DNA of 32,000 nucleotides from positions 780,001-812,000 of the forward strand of contig NZ_AP028907.1 of the NCBI RefSeq assembly GCF_036323395.1. Reading direction: 5' to 3'. Under the pieces are notes generated by a model. It saw only the letters and a list, made by a program, of their open reading frames with translations, made no database searches and had not been told where the DNA came from. The stretch comes from Pyrodictium abyssi. GTDB lineage: Archaea > Thermoproteota > Thermoprotei_A > Sulfolobales > Pyrodictiaceae. The translations under genes were made by a program, and so were the position numbers. Shown piece after piece: positions 10,595 through 20,424 of this stretch; the first letter of the stretch is position 1, and every line of letters starts with the position of its first letter.

Positions 10595-10757
10595 TAGTAA
10601 GCGTGCTATGGCATGCCCTATCAAGTCTTCCTCCATAACCAGAGGCCGGCAGATAGAGTACAGCCTATCCCGGCAGGGATGCAGAAGAGAGGGCTACGCG
10701 TATCAGCGTATCGTAGTAAAAGAAGACTTGATTCAACATAGCCCGGGTAAGGGCCGG

Positions 10758-11018
10758 CTAGAGTATGCCTAGCCTAGCGGCTATATCGCTGGCACTGTAC
10801 TCCTTAGCTAGCCTAACGTAGGCCTTCTTCTCGCCGCGCGGCGTTATTAGCGTGTTTACCTTCTCCACTTTGACCCCGAACGCCTGCTCAATAGCCCTCT
10901 TTATATCGTGCTTTGTTGCCTTCCTGTCTACTATGAATGTTAGGGTGTTCTGCTCCTCTATCAGCCTTAGGGCTTTTTCGCTCTGGACCGGGCGTATTAT
11001 TATACTCCAGGCGCTCAT
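10758..11018 (-). CDS. rpl23: 50S ribosomal protein L23 (uL23)
   Basis: ORF 86 aa; [64 protein letters not shown]. Confidence 0.96.
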   Translation of the reverse strand: MSAWSIIIRPVQSEKALRLIEEQNTLTFIVDRKATKHDIKRAIEQAFGVKVEKVNTLITPRGEKKAYVRLAKEYSASDIAARLGIL

Positions 11019-11048
11019 GGCTACACACCTCTAGGCTCGCATGCTGCT

Positions 11049-11879
11049 CTAGGCTAGTAGTATCCCGTCAAACCTCTTGGAGAGTTCAGCCAGTGCAGAC
11101 TTGCTTACAACGGTCAGTCTGCCGGGTACACCGCCGGGGGCAAGCTGCAGCACGTTTACGTGCCATGGGCCTGCGACGTCTACGCCTGGTAGACCGGCCA
11201 CTGCTCTTGCTAGAGGCGAGTTGTGGCTGCTTAGTATGAACAGTACACTCCTAGGTGTTATGTACCGTCTGCCGCGGCGCTTACCCTTGCCAGCACGTAT
11301 CCTTGTCCTCTCCTTGGCGCGCTCTATGTCTGCCCAGACACCTAGCTTCTCTAGGAGTGCGCGCGCATCGCGCACCTTGGTTATAGACTGCTCTACCTCG
11401 TCGTCTATAACCACTGGGAGCGTCTCTGCCGTGAATCTATGGCCACGCTTCTCTACAAACTCCTTCCTAGCCGTTGCGGCGAGCGCGGAGGCTGTTGCTA
11501 GCTTCTTCTCCTTCCTGTTGATCTCCTCGTGTATCCTTTTCTCCACACGTGGCGGGTGAGCGAGGTGACCGCCGACAGCCGAGTTTATGAATGCTGCCCG
11601 GCCCAGACCGGGAATCCGTGGTACTCTCGCTATGCCGAGGCCTACACCGAAGCTCCTAGCTGTGGTCCTCTTGCCGGCCATTGGGTCGCGGCCTTTGGGC
11701 TGTAGCCTTGCCGTGAACTCGGATAGGAATGCACGCCTTATCAGGTCGACGCGTACTGGTAGCCCATAGACCTTGGGTAGCTCTACCTCGGCAATCTTCT
11801 CGCCCGCGGCGTTGAATATTGGGACTACTGGCGGCTTCTCTGCTAGCAGGAACACCATGGAGCCTACCTTGTCCGCCAT
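11049..11879 (-). CDS. rpl4: 50S ribosomal protein L4 (uL4)
   Basis: ORF 276 aa; RRAFLSEFTARLQPKGRDPMAGKRTTARSFGVGLGIARVPR...RARTRIRAGKGKRRGRRYI. Confidence 0.96.
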   Translation of the reverse strand: MADKVGSMVFLLAEKPPVVPIFNAAGEKIAEVELPKVYGLPVRVDLIRRAFLSEFTARLQPKGRDPMAGKRTTARSFGVGLGIARVPRIPGLGRAAFINSAVGGHLAHPPRVEKRIHEEINRKEKKLATASALAATARKEFVEKRGHRFTAETLPVVIDDEVEQSITKVRDARALLEKLGVWADIERAKERTRIRAGKGKRRGRRYITPRSVLFILSSHNSPLARAVAGLPGVDVAGPWHVNVLQLAPGGVPGRLTVVSKSALAELSKRFDGILLA

Positions 11880-11916
11880 GCTACCGCACCCCAGGGGTTG
11901 CTGCCATGCATGTTAC

Positions 11917-12960
11917 TTAATTGCCTTGCTTGCTCTGTAGGCTGATGTATGTTATCTTTGGCGCTGCTTCTGGCATCCAGCGTGGTCTCACTGGGTGGCG
12001 GAGCACTATAGGCCTCTTCGGCGTGCCTGGTATGCTGCCTGCTAGTAGCACGTAGCTGCTCCTCACTATGCCGTAGTGTAGGAAGCCGCCGGCCGGCGTT
12101 ACCTCTAGACCGTTATCGCCTATCTTTATGATGCGCTTGTTGTACTCTGTCCTCCTGTGGAAGCCCATCTGACCTGGCTGTGGCACCTCGCTCCACGAGA
12201 AGGTTGTGGCCGGGCCCCTGCTGCCTGGACCGCTACGGCTACCCTTACGGTGCTTGTGCCACTTTGGCAGCTCCTTAACACCGAACCTCTTTATTACGCC
12301 CTGGAAGCCCTTGCCCCTTGTCACCGCTATTACGTCTACGAACTGGCCCTCCTTGAATACGTCCTTTATGCTGAGCGGGTTGCCGACGAGCTTGACAGCG
12401 TAGTTAAACCTCTCATCTATACTGCTTCCACCGCCTATCTTTATCTCTATGAGGTCTGGCTTCTTCTTGCTTAGGCCGCCTACTAGCCTTGGCTGGGTAG
12501 CCGCGATAATCCTTACATCGTATACCTTTTCAAGCTTCTCCTCTAGCTTCTTTACAGCTTTCTCGGTGTCTGGGAACCGGAGCCTAGGTATAGCGCGGTA
12601 TATGTCTAGCTTGTAGTTCTCTACTAGAGTCTCGGGCTGTGCCCAGGCCTCGCCCAGAGTGTAGAGGCCTATGTTGGGGTCATAACCGTATACACGTACT
12701 GCTGTAACTATCATTGGCGGTGTCTCCACCACCGTTACCGGCATGAATATTTCTCTGCTCTGCGTGAGCGAGCCAGGCTCATCGTCTATGACGAACACGT
12801 GCGTCATGCCAGCCTTGTAGCCTAGGAATGCGAGCGGTAGGGGCGTCTCGCTCTGGACTTCTGGCCACGTCTTCACTCTCGGTACTATGCTTGAGGCCCT
12901 CTTCCGTGGCCTTACAGCAAGGCTGCCCCTACGAGGCGCATGCTTCTTTCTTGCACCCAC
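11917..12960 (-). CDS. rpl3: 50S ribosomal protein L3 (uL3)
   Basis: ORF 347 aa; MGARKKHAPRRGSLAVRPRKRASSIVPRVKTWP...FLGYKAGMTHVFVIDDEPGS...DVIAVTRGKGFQGVIKRFG. Confidence 0.97.
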   Translation of the reverse strand: MGARKKHAPRRGSLAVRPRKRASSIVPRVKTWPEVQSETPLPLAFLGYKAGMTHVFVIDDEPGSLTQSREIFMPVTVVETPPMIVTAVRVYGYDPNIGLYTLGEAWAQPETLVENYKLDIYRAIPRLRFPDTEKAVKKLEEKLEKVYDVRIIAATQPRLVGGLSKKKPDLIEIKIGGGSSIDERFNYAVKLVGNPLSIKDVFKEGQFVDVIAVTRGKGFQGVIKRFGVKELPKWHKHRKGSRSGPGSRGPATTFSWSEVPQPGQMGFHRRTEYNKRIIKIGDNGLEVTPAGGFLHYGIVRSSYVLLAGSIPGTPKRPIVLRHPVRPRWMPEAAPKITYISLQSKQGN

Positions 12961-13052
12961 TAGACACCACCGCCGTCATGCCAGTACTAGAGTCTACCCC
13001 GTCTCACGTGGGCTCCCCGACTACTAGCTTTTAACCCTAAGCCCTCAATCAG

Positions 13053-13940
13053 CTAGGACTCTAGGAACATGTTGTAGATTGCCAGCGTCGCCGCTACTGC
13101 TTCCTCTACACGGACTGTCCGGGTGCCCTGGTGCGGGATAGTATTGTAGATCCTATCAAATACCTCCTCCACGGAGAAGCCCTCACTACGGGCTATCTCG
13201 TAGAGGCCTCTGTCCGGCGCACCCATGAATATCGCTATACCTCTTCTAGCAGAGACTTCCCTAGCATCCCTAGAAGCCTTCTCTGCTGTCAGAACCTCGC
13301 CTAGACGGCTAGTAGCTACGCGCAGAAGGCTCCTCGTGTTGTTCAGCGCACCCCTGAGCCCTCTTACTATGTCCGTCCTGAACCCTGTGTAGATTCTCGC
13401 TTCACCTGGCCGGAGTATACGCAGCCGTGGAGGCTTTAACGACGTGATTTCAACTAGCACTCGTTTGTCTGGCAAGCGCTCAGGCTTCCTACACTTGACG
13501 TATCTACCTAGGCCGGCATCAAGCAGAACAACATCCCCTAGATCACGTAGCACCAGCGCTTCACGTACTTCGCCTACCCGCGGCCCACCAACACCGTGAG
13601 TTGGCAGCTGCAGAGGAGGGAGAACGCCCACGTATCTTAGCTCCGGCTTTCTCGGGTAAAGCCTCTTTTTCAGATACGGGGCAGTGAGCATGTACTCTGT
13701 TACCTCTTTTATCAGTTTAGCATCCTCGTCGACACCCTCTCTGTCGATGTAAACGAGCAGCCTTGTGGCACGGAAAACAGCCAGTAGCCTTGCAAGGATG
13801 CCTATTTTTATGGTCTTTAGTAGTAGGCTATGCTCTGTAGACAAGTAGGAGGCAGGTACTGCTACCACTAGCTCTATCCTACGGGCTACCGGAGTGTCGC
13901 GACGATGCATCTCCGTCGTGCCTCTGCTGCTGGTTATCAC
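13053..13940 (-). CDS. Putative SPOUT-superfamily RNA methyltransferase (DUF171-like)
   Basis: ORF 295 aa; C-terminal IAIFMGAPDRGLYEIA... and N-terminal VAVPASYLSTEHSLLLKTIKIGILARLLAVFRATRLLVYID; this family sits upstream of L3 in archaeal ribosomal clusters. Confidence 0.75.
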   Translation of the reverse strand: MITSSRGTTEMHRRDTPVARRIELVVAVPASYLSTEHSLLLKTIKIGILARLLAVFRATRLLVYIDREGVDEDAKLIKEVTEYMLTAPYLKKRLYPRKPELRYVGVLPPLQLPTHGVGGPRVGEVREALVLRDLGDVVLLDAGLGRYVKCRKPERLPDKRVLVEITSLKPPRLRILRPGEARIYTGFRTDIVRGLRGALNNTRSLLRVATSRLGEVLTAEKASRDAREVSARRGIAIFMGAPDRGLYEIARSEGFSVEEVFDRIYNTIPHQGTRTVRVEEAVAATLAIYNMFLES

Positions 13941-14105
13941 CTTCTCGAAGCGTTTTAGCGCTAAGACCTGCGAGACGCAGCAAAACCATGCACAGCTACA
14001 CGTGCTGCTACTGGGCTAGGAACAGCGCTGTAGAGATGCACGGGAGACGTGTGGCCATGGAGGCAAAAACCATGGAGACATGGAGCTGAGCCACTGCGGC
14101 GGGGT

Positions 14106-14213
14106 TTAACGCTTCTTGCCACGACGCTGCTGTTGCTGCTGCCTAGCCTGCTTCGCAGCAGCCTTTGTCTCTTCCTTGGTCATGAAGAGGCTTGTTCTCT
14201 GCCTACCGCCCAT
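14106..14213 (-). CDS. Candidate small basic Q-rich protein, 35 aa (absent from the track)
   Basis: Manual translation: MGGRQRTSLFMTKEETKAAAKQARQQQQQRRGKKR, preceded by an SD-like GGTGG. Confidence 0.35.
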   Translation of the reverse strand: MGGRQRTSLFMTKEETKAAAKQARQQQQQRRGKKR

Positions 14214-14521
14214 ACTCTCCACCCGCGCTCGAGCGGTGTAGAGAGCTAGGTACATTACTGCTACGCTTCTCTAGCTTCAGCCTGGCCGGTGACGTGTTTG
14301 CCGAGTGCTGAGCAGCCAAGCAAGTGCTGAGTATCCCCCTTCTGCCGAGGCCGCTAGCCAGGAGCGAGGATGGGCCCTTATTCCGGGAGGGGCTCAGACG
14401 GGTTCATCTCGTCACGGCGACGCTACGGGCTCGGCGTTTGCACCCCTCATCACAGCCCGGCCGGAGAGTAGCTCCCGATAAATATTGAGGGTACGTTAGC
14501 CCTGCACAAGGGCTCGGGGAT

Positions 14522-15097
14522 ATGGCGAGGAAAAGACCGGTGTTTAACTGTTTGTTTTGCGAGCACTGCTGCTACTTTAGTGAAGAGTATGAAATGCCGG
14601 TAGTCTTTCCCTGGGAGAAACGAGAGTTAGAGAAAATAGCTGCCGAGATAGGTGTTAAACTTCACTTCAAGCCGCTCCAAGCATTTATTGACAGAAACGG
14701 CGTATGCGCTATAACCCTCTATAGGTGGGAGATTCAAGGATTCTGCCCATTTTTCGATAAGGCTAGTAAGCGCTGCAGCATCCATGATGATAAGCCGCTA
14801 GCATGTAGGATGTACCCACTGCTTATAGAGATGCCTTCAGGCAACCTAATGGCATCCGGTAAGTGTGACTGGATAAAACAGCAAGGACCAAGGTTCATAA
14901 GACAACTCTCTACAAAGCCGGAGACTATACCGGAGGTGTTTCCAGCGGAGTTCGAGGCCGCTAAGAAGGCGTTCATAGAGTTCACAACTATAAACTCCTT
15001 CATTGAGAGGCACGGCCTACAGCCGATAAATGTTAATAAGTTAAACAATTGTAATGAGGTCTTCGACATAGATGATTACATGGCGAGGTTCGACTAG
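14522..15097 (+). CDS. YkgJ-type cysteine-cluster protein (putative zinc/iron-sulfur chelating domain)
   Basis: ORF 191 aa; CLFCEHCCYFSEEYEMPVVFPWEKRELEKIA...GFCPFFDKASKRCSIHDDKPLACRMYPLLIE; candidate TATA (ataaatatt) about 40 nt upstream. Confidence 0.8.
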   Translation: MARKRPVFNCLFCEHCCYFSEEYEMPVVFPWEKRELEKIAAEIGVKLHFKPLQAFIDRNGVCAITLYRWEIQGFCPFFDKASKRCSIHDDKPLACRMYPLLIEMPSGNLMASGKCDWIKQQGPRFIRQLSTKPETIPEVFPAEFEAAKKAFIEFTTINSFIERHGLQPINVNKLNNCNEVFDIDDYMARFD

Positions 15098-15099
15098 CC

Positions 15100-15378
15100 T
15101 TGGGGAGGGAGCGACGCCTCATCAGAGTGTTCTTCAACACATACTATGAAGACGTAGCAGAGAACGTGCTGAACGAACTCAAGAGCCTAGGATACGAAAT
15201 GAAGCTGACGAATTCAAGGGTTGTCCCGGAGCTGTATTACGTCGAGATGGAGGTAGGGGCTGAGAACTTAGACCAGGCTGTCGAGAAGGTGCAGAGACTG
15301 CTCGAAGAAGCTAGAGACAGGTATTCGGGCCGTCTATTCGGGGTCAAAGTATACGGTGTTGACGCATCGTCGTCATAG
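15100..15378 (+). CDS. Conserved-looking small hypothetical protein, probably co-transcribed with the cysteine-cluster gene
   Basis: ORF 92 aa beginning 2 nt after the preceding stop; alternating strand/helix pattern RVFFNTYYEDVAENVLNELKSLGYEMKLTNS. Confidence 0.5.
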   Translation: MGRERRLIRVFFNTYYEDVAENVLNELKSLGYEMKLTNSRVVPELYYVEMEVGAENLDQAVEKVQRLLEEARDRYSGRLFGVKVYGVDASSS

Positions 15379-15427
15379 CGTTTTTGCTCCAGCGTTATTT
15401 TGCACTTTACCATTATGATGCTGTGTT

Positions 15428-17440
15428 CTAGCTTCGTATAATCCTGCGCATGACCGGCGCTATATCCTGTGGCGCTTTTATAACGTAGAGCCGTGCGTAA
15501 TGTCTAATCTTGTTTGCCACCCTCGTGTCGTGCTTTGGGGGCAGGATTATTGTTATTCTCCATCCTCTTTGCCGTAGTTCGCGTAGAATGTCTTCGATAG
15601 GTTCGTCGGCAGCTATTGTCTGCTTGAGGTCGCTTATTAGAACCATGTGCTGTGGCATTGCAGCTCTGGCCGCTAGGCGTATAGCGTTAACTATGTCTGT
15701 ATAGCCTGCGAACTTTGTTGAAAGCACTAAGTCTACTATGCGGAGCGGGTTTACTAGTTTCAGGTTACTATACATAGTTGCGTTTTCATCGAATATTATC
15801 AGCCTTGATATGCTTGCTGCGAGTGCTGAGGCTGCTAGTACTGTGTAGACTGCGTACGGTCTCATGCTACCGCTCTTGTCTACTACTACCGTGTACTGCT
15901 TTGTAGAGTACCTCGTAATCCTGACTATAGGATTAGAGCTGAAGCGTACAATGTTCTCTAGAGTCTTGCGTATATGTAGCCGGCCTCGTGTGCTGCTAAA
16001 GCAGCTCTTGCGTGATAGCCTCATGCCGTGTTCTACACGAGCTTCTCTCCATAGACTCTTCATGAGCATTACCGCGTAGCTTCTTATCCTCCTATCGTTA
16101 GTACTGCTATATACTGTGTGTAGGAGTTTTAACGCTTCGAAGACATCCATACTCTTCACAATATTCTTCATCAACGTGTATGTGTCTCCACGTTCTGCAG
16201 CATCAAATAGTTGTTTCAGTCTAGCTATTTCCGACTCAATTATGTCCGCCAGCTTGCCGTCATATTGACTCCTTATGCTGCTCCATCGCTCTACTGCACG
16301 AGTGAACTCGTATTCGGCATACTCTAGCAGAGCATCTGTAGGCTCAACTAGGCTCTTTAAAAGATAGTTCTTTGCCTCTGCGAGCCTGTTGAGCACGTCA
16401 AGAGCCTCGTTTGGGCCTCTACCTATGCTGCTTAGTAGCCCTATTTCACGTCTGTCAAGCATCTCCGCTACTACGCCTCGTCTTGAAGCACGTGCACCTA
16501 TAGCTTTCAGCGCTATTTCGATAGCTCCGTCCTTATTGTGTGATGACATTTCCACTGCTATGTCGAGGAGTATTTCTCTTCCGAAGTCTTTGACAGCTCT
16601 TTCTGCTAGACGAGGGTTGCGCTCAAGTATGCTGCGTAGGTGGTGTCGTGATAGCATGTTTTCTTTTCGGAGTATCTCGTATACGCTTTCAGCATCACTG
16701 TAATGTTCTCCTTGGTTCATCTTTTCCTCTATAGACCTTGAAATTATTCGTTTTAGATGCTTGTTTTTGCCTGCATAACGGTATAGCTTTACAAGCTCGT
16801 CTATGCTTAGCTCCCTGGAGTCTATGTAGTTGAATAGTTCGTAGCCCATCGAGGCAACTATACCGCCGTGACGAGCTATGTTACGCTTTATCATGTCTCT
16901 GACAGCGTCCTTATAGTCTCGGTAGCGGTGGGCTAGCTGCTCTATTATCCGGCGCGCCTGGCTACTGGATACTACATACTCCCCCTTGCGTCCTCGACGT
17001 ATTATTCCTAGTAGCTTTAACCTAGCATATGCCCCCTGGGTCTTTCCGCTAGTATAGTTTCTACGTCGTAGTTTCGCTCCGTAATGGAGTCCTAGTGTAT
17101 GCAAGTCCTTCTCTATCTCGTCTTCTATGCGTTTTGCAGAGCTTCGTGGTAGACAGCACCGTTTTACTAGATCCTTTACTATTTCATTTACTATGCGTTC
17201 TTCATGCATTCGTTTTGCGTATACAGAGGAAAGGACTAGAGCTATCTCATCAGGGGTAAGCGTTTCGACGCCAGATACAGCTGCGTATAATGCTAGTAAC
17301 CGTGTGGCTTCAACTATCTCTGCTGCTGATATTCTGAGTCCTCTCTTTCTAGCTTCTACTGCTACTCCGTATGCTATTTTGCGTAGTTCTTCTCTACTAT
17401 CTCTACGGATGTAGACCGAATACTCTCTCGATGGTTTCAT
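15428..17440 (-). CDS. VWA-domain protein partnered with a MoxR-type ATPase; start more likely ATG at 17440 than TTG at 17443
   Basis: C-terminal MIDAS-like TVVVDKSGSMRPYAVYTVLAASALAAS...; SD GGAGG upstream of ATG 17440; overlaps the upstream AAA+ gene. Confidence 0.85.
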   Translation of the reverse strand: MKPSREYSVYIRRDSREELRKIAYGVAVEARKRGLRISAAEIVEATRLLALYAAVSGVETLTPDEIALVLSSVYAKRMHEERIVNEIVKDLVKRCCLPRSSAKRIEDEIEKDLHTLGLHYGAKLRRRNYTSGKTQGAYARLKLLGIIRRGRKGEYVVSSSQARRIIEQLAHRYRDYKDAVRDMIKRNIARHGGIVASMGYELFNYIDSRELSIDELVKLYRYAGKNKHLKRIISRSIEEKMNQGEHYSDAESVYEILRKENMLSRHHLRSILERNPRLAERAVKDFGREILLDIAVEMSSHNKDGAIEIALKAIGARASRRGVVAEMLDRREIGLLSSIGRGPNEALDVLNRLAEAKNYLLKSLVEPTDALLEYAEYEFTRAVERWSSIRSQYDGKLADIIESEIARLKQLFDAAERGDTYTLMKNIVKSMDVFEALKLLHTVYSSTNDRRIRSYAVMLMKSLWREARVEHGMRLSRKSCFSSTRGRLHIRKTLENIVRFSSNPIVRITRYSTKQYTVVVDKSGSMRPYAVYTVLAASALAASISRLIIFDENATMYSNLKLVNPLRIVDLVLSTKFAGYTDIVNAIRLAARAAMPQHMVLISDLKQTIAADEPIEDILRELRQRGWRITIILPPKHDTRVANKIRHYARLYVIKAPQDIAPVMRRIIRS

Positions 17441-18422
17441 CAACTATTTCCTCCTCACCAACACGTTTGTACAGTATTATAGTGGCTGCATCTACCACCT
17501 CGCTGACCGTGACTTGTTGTTTACCTCGTAGCTTGGCTAGTCGGCCAGCTATTCGCGCCCATAGTACCGTGTCTGCTGGGCCTGGCTTATACGCCGCTTT
17601 CTGGCGAAGAATGCTAACTACTTGAATCATTGCTTCTAATATTTTTGAGTCCAACTCGACGTCTATATCATATCTTAGCTTTACTATTTCTGCTTCAACA
17701 TCGGGAGGTGGGTAACTGAAGGGTATCCTTACTACTCTCCTGAGAAATGCGTCGCTTAGCTCACTTTGTGCATAATCTTCGGGATTGCTAGTAAATATTA
17801 CTTGGAATCCTTCGCCTTTTGCACGGAAGACTCTACGGAGTTCTGGGACAATTATACGACGTTTATCTATTATGTCTAGGAGCATGTTTTGGAATTCTTC
17901 GTTGCTTCGTCTTATTTCGTCTACAAGTACTCCTGTATCAAGTATTAGTGCTGCAAGGAGGGGCCGTGGTATGAAGCTTTTCTCGTTAAAGCCGTATCTC
18001 AATGCCATCAGGGGATGGAAATCACCTATAACTCTATATTCATCGTAGTTCTCGCTACAGGGTATTATTAGAGCTGGCTTTCCAGCCCAGAGCGATAGTA
18101 TAGCTTCACCTATCTCGGTCTTTCCTGTACCCGGGGGTCCCTCAAAGAGCACCGGGCGTCCCGCGAGAAATGCTGCCACAACTAATGTGACAAGTTTCCT
18201 GTCAACGAGGAGTTTATACTCTCTTCTCAGAATCTCTATCATTTTGTCTACGCTTCTTACTGGCTTCCTTTTATGCTTCTCTATTACCTCGGCGTAGATA
18301 CTAGCAACTTTCTCCTCAATACTTTCATGCATTTCATCACTATCCTTTTGACTAGGTGAACTGATCATCTCTTCAACTATTTTTTCGACATACTTTTCTT
18401 TATCGACCTTGCTTACGTCCAT
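17403..18422 (-). CDS. MoxR-family AAA+ ATPase
   Basis: ORF 339 aa; Walker A GPPGTGKTEIGEAI, Walker B LVDEIRRSNEEFQNMLLDIIDKRR, sensor VIFTSNPEDYAQSELSDAFLRR. Confidence 0.93.
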   Translation of the reverse strand: MDVSKVDKEKYVEKIVEEMISSPSQKDSDEMHESIEEKVASIYAEVIEKHKRKPVRSVDKMIEILRREYKLLVDRKLVTLVVAAFLAGRPVLFEGPPGTGKTEIGEAILSLWAGKPALIIPCSENYDEYRVIGDFHPLMALRYGFNEKSFIPRPLLAALILDTGVLVDEIRRSNEEFQNMLLDIIDKRRIIVPELRRVFRAKGEGFQVIFTSNPEDYAQSELSDAFLRRVVRIPFSYPPPDVEAEIVKLRYDIDVELDSKILEAMIQVVSILRQKAAYKPGPADTVLWARIAGRLAKLRGKQQVTVSEVVDAATIILYKRVGEEEIVDETIERVFGLHP

Positions 18423-18614
18423 TTTTGCACCCTTCTGACACCCTAGATTACTGGAGCCAGCTACATTATAGCTGTCTAACCTACAGCAGGTTTGCCACCA
18501 TGAGGGGTGTTGGCCTCGTACACACTTATTAGCCTCACTACAAGCTTATTGTCTACACAGCATTACTTGCTTTAGTACATAGCTAGAGTTGCTAGACTTT
18601 ATGCCGAGGCTGCT

Positions 18615-19097
18615 ATGCGACGAACTACCGGGGTATATAGGGCTATGAGTAGAATACGGCGCAGTAAAGACGACAATATCATTTATAGTGTCTGGATTCG
18701 TAGAGGACCAGATATATTCCATTACGACATAGTCTTTGAAGACGACTGTATAAGGCTTGTGTATCTAGGCGAGTACTGGGAGCGTGTTAGGCCAAAGACT
18801 GGTCTACAGCGACGTGTTGACATGTTTATATACTCCATAAGGAAGCGAAGGGAACGCATTTACGGAGAAGGAGAGAGACCAATGGTTATTAACTACTGCG
18901 ATATATCAAGTTATGAGATTGTTAAGCCTCGCCCTGCTGTATCTCGTGAAGACTTGTCTCCAGGTGCCCTGGAGCTGCTACTGCGTGATGGAAAGCGTAT
19001 TCGTATAGAGTTCTCTCCGAGGGTGTACGAGATCGTGAAGTCAGCTGTAAAGAAGTATGTAAGAAGCGGCATTGAACGGTGTAAAGGTAGGAGATAG
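18615..19097 (+). CDS. Hypothetical protein
   Basis: ORF 160 aa, ATG start, isolated between two minus-strand genes, no competing ORF on the other strand. Confidence 0.6.
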   Translation: MRRTTGVYRAMSRIRRSKDDNIIYSVWIRRGPDIFHYDIVFEDDCIRLVYLGEYWERVRPKTGLQRRVDMFIYSIRKRRERIYGEGERPMVINYCDISSYEIVKPRPAVSREDLSPGALELLLRDGKRIRIEFSPRVYEIVKSAVKKYVRSGIERCKGRR

Positions 19098-19150
19098 TAG
19101 GCGCCGGGCGATGAAGATGGCCCGATAGGCTGAAGAAAGCATATGCCATG

Positions 19151-19726
19151 TCATGATGACGGATCAACCGTCGGAGCCCGGCTATGCTTTTGCTTGATGC
19201 GGATAAACGCGTAGTCCTTTGACGTTTCCCCTATGTATAGTCCGTAGTTTGGGAGTTCGCGTACTATCTTGTGTGCCTTTTTCAGGCTTGTAACTACGGC
19301 ATACAACTTGGTTACACGGTCCATCTCCTTTAATGCTCTTGATTTATCTTCAACAAGATCAACTACTGTGAAGGATACCGTGTAGTTGACGCTCTCGCTG
19401 CGTAGAGGAAGATTCTCGGCGTCAGCCTCGACATGCTCTACCATGTGCGCGAGCCCTAGGCTTGCTGTACGCTTTCTAGCTACGTCGAGCATTCCAGGAG
19501 ATAGGTCTAGGCAGATATAGTACGTTATGCCATCTACTCCATGCGTAGATGCAAGGTATTCCAGAAACAGCCCGGTACCACATCCATTGTCTAGGACTTT
19601 GCCGTGAAGCTTCACGCTACGCATTGCAAGCATGTATTTTTCAAATTGTTCGTCACGGTATAGCTCGTCGTACCCTGAGCTTGTAACATTGTATTTTTCC
19701 CGCATTATTGCCTTCTTTGAGGTCAA
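19151..19726 (-). CDS. Class I SAM-dependent methyltransferase
   Basis: ORF 191 aa; KVLDNGCGTGLFLEYLA...YYICLDLSPGMLDVARKR...VEADAENLPLRSESVNYTVSF (motifs I-IV). Confidence 0.9.
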   Translation of the reverse strand: MTSKKAIMREKYNVTSSGYDELYRDEQFEKYMLAMRSVKLHGKVLDNGCGTGLFLEYLASTHGVDGITYYICLDLSPGMLDVARKRTASLGLAHMVEHVEADAENLPLRSESVNYTVSFTVVDLVEDKSRALKEMDRVTKLYAVVTSLKKAHKIVRELPNYGLYIGETSKDYAFIRIKQKHSRAPTVDPSS

Positions 19727-19908
19727 CTAGCCCCCCTTCGGTACTAGACATGCTCAACCATGAGTTTTTCGAGCACGTACATAGAAGGACGAGCTATAGT
19801 TACCATGTCGCCGGCACAAATCGGTTGCAGAGGCAGGTATAGTTTTGAGAGGTTTAGGTGATAGGTGATGTGGTAAAAATGACTGTAAATTAGAAGGTAT
19901 ACAGTGCT

Positions 19909-20376
19909 CTACTTCAGTGCTACATGTAGGCTGCTCCTTGTGGCCTTGAGGCCGGGCTCTCCATGCTGTACCTGGCGGCATGTTGGGCTGAACTCGCCGA
20001 GGTAGTGGCCTATCATTTCTGGCGTTATGCGCACTGGGACGAACTCCTTACCGTTGTATACGGCTATGGTCATTCCAATCATTTCTGGCAGTATTATCAT
20101 ATCCCTTACATGCGTCTTTACTACTACCTTTTTGCCCTTGAGTATCTTCTGCCGTGCCTTGCGTATCTTCCAGAGTAGGCGGCGCTGCGGGTCTGTTAGA
20201 CCTCTCAGTAGGCTTCTCCTCTGCCTTGCTGGTAGGAGCTTTATGAATATGTCCATTGGCATCGAGAGTAGCTCTTCTAGTGTGTAGCCGCGGTAGCGGA
20301 ACTTCCGCCACTCCGGCGGCAGGGTCTCAAGCCACTTCTTCATTTCCTCATCCAGCTGCGGCTTCACAGCCTGCAT
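19909..20376 (-). CDS. rps19: 30S ribosomal protein S19 (uS19), displaced from the main cluster
   Basis: ORF 155 aa; [35 protein letters not shown]...[47 protein letters not shown]. Confidence 0.97.
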   Translation of the reverse strand: MQAVKPQLDEEMKKWLETLPPEWRKFRYRGYTLEELLSMPMDIFIKLLPARQRRSLLRGLTDPQRRLLWKIRKARQKILKGKKVVVKTHVRDMIILPEMIGMTIAVYNGKEFVPVRITPEMIGHYLGEFSPTCRQVQHGEPGLKATRSSLHVALK

Positions 20377-20424
20377 ATTCTACACCCCATGTGGGCGAGG
20401 CTAAACACGTATGGGGGTTTAATG

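Noticed and set aside
10381-10600. Possible SRP RNA or RNase P RNA in the L23-L22 spacer
   Set aside because: I could not find the GGAAG-type SRP helix 8 core or the GAGGAAAGUC / P4 RNase P motifs on either strand.
10366-10772. ORFs 10366-10566 (-) and 10530-10772 (+) in the L23-L22 spacer
   Set aside because: Short, low-complexity translations with no recognisable motif; overlap the structured GC-rich element.
14304-14331. Direct repeat AGTGCTGAG x2 (14304-14312, 14323-14331)
   Set aside because: Only two 9-nt copies; consistent with chance.
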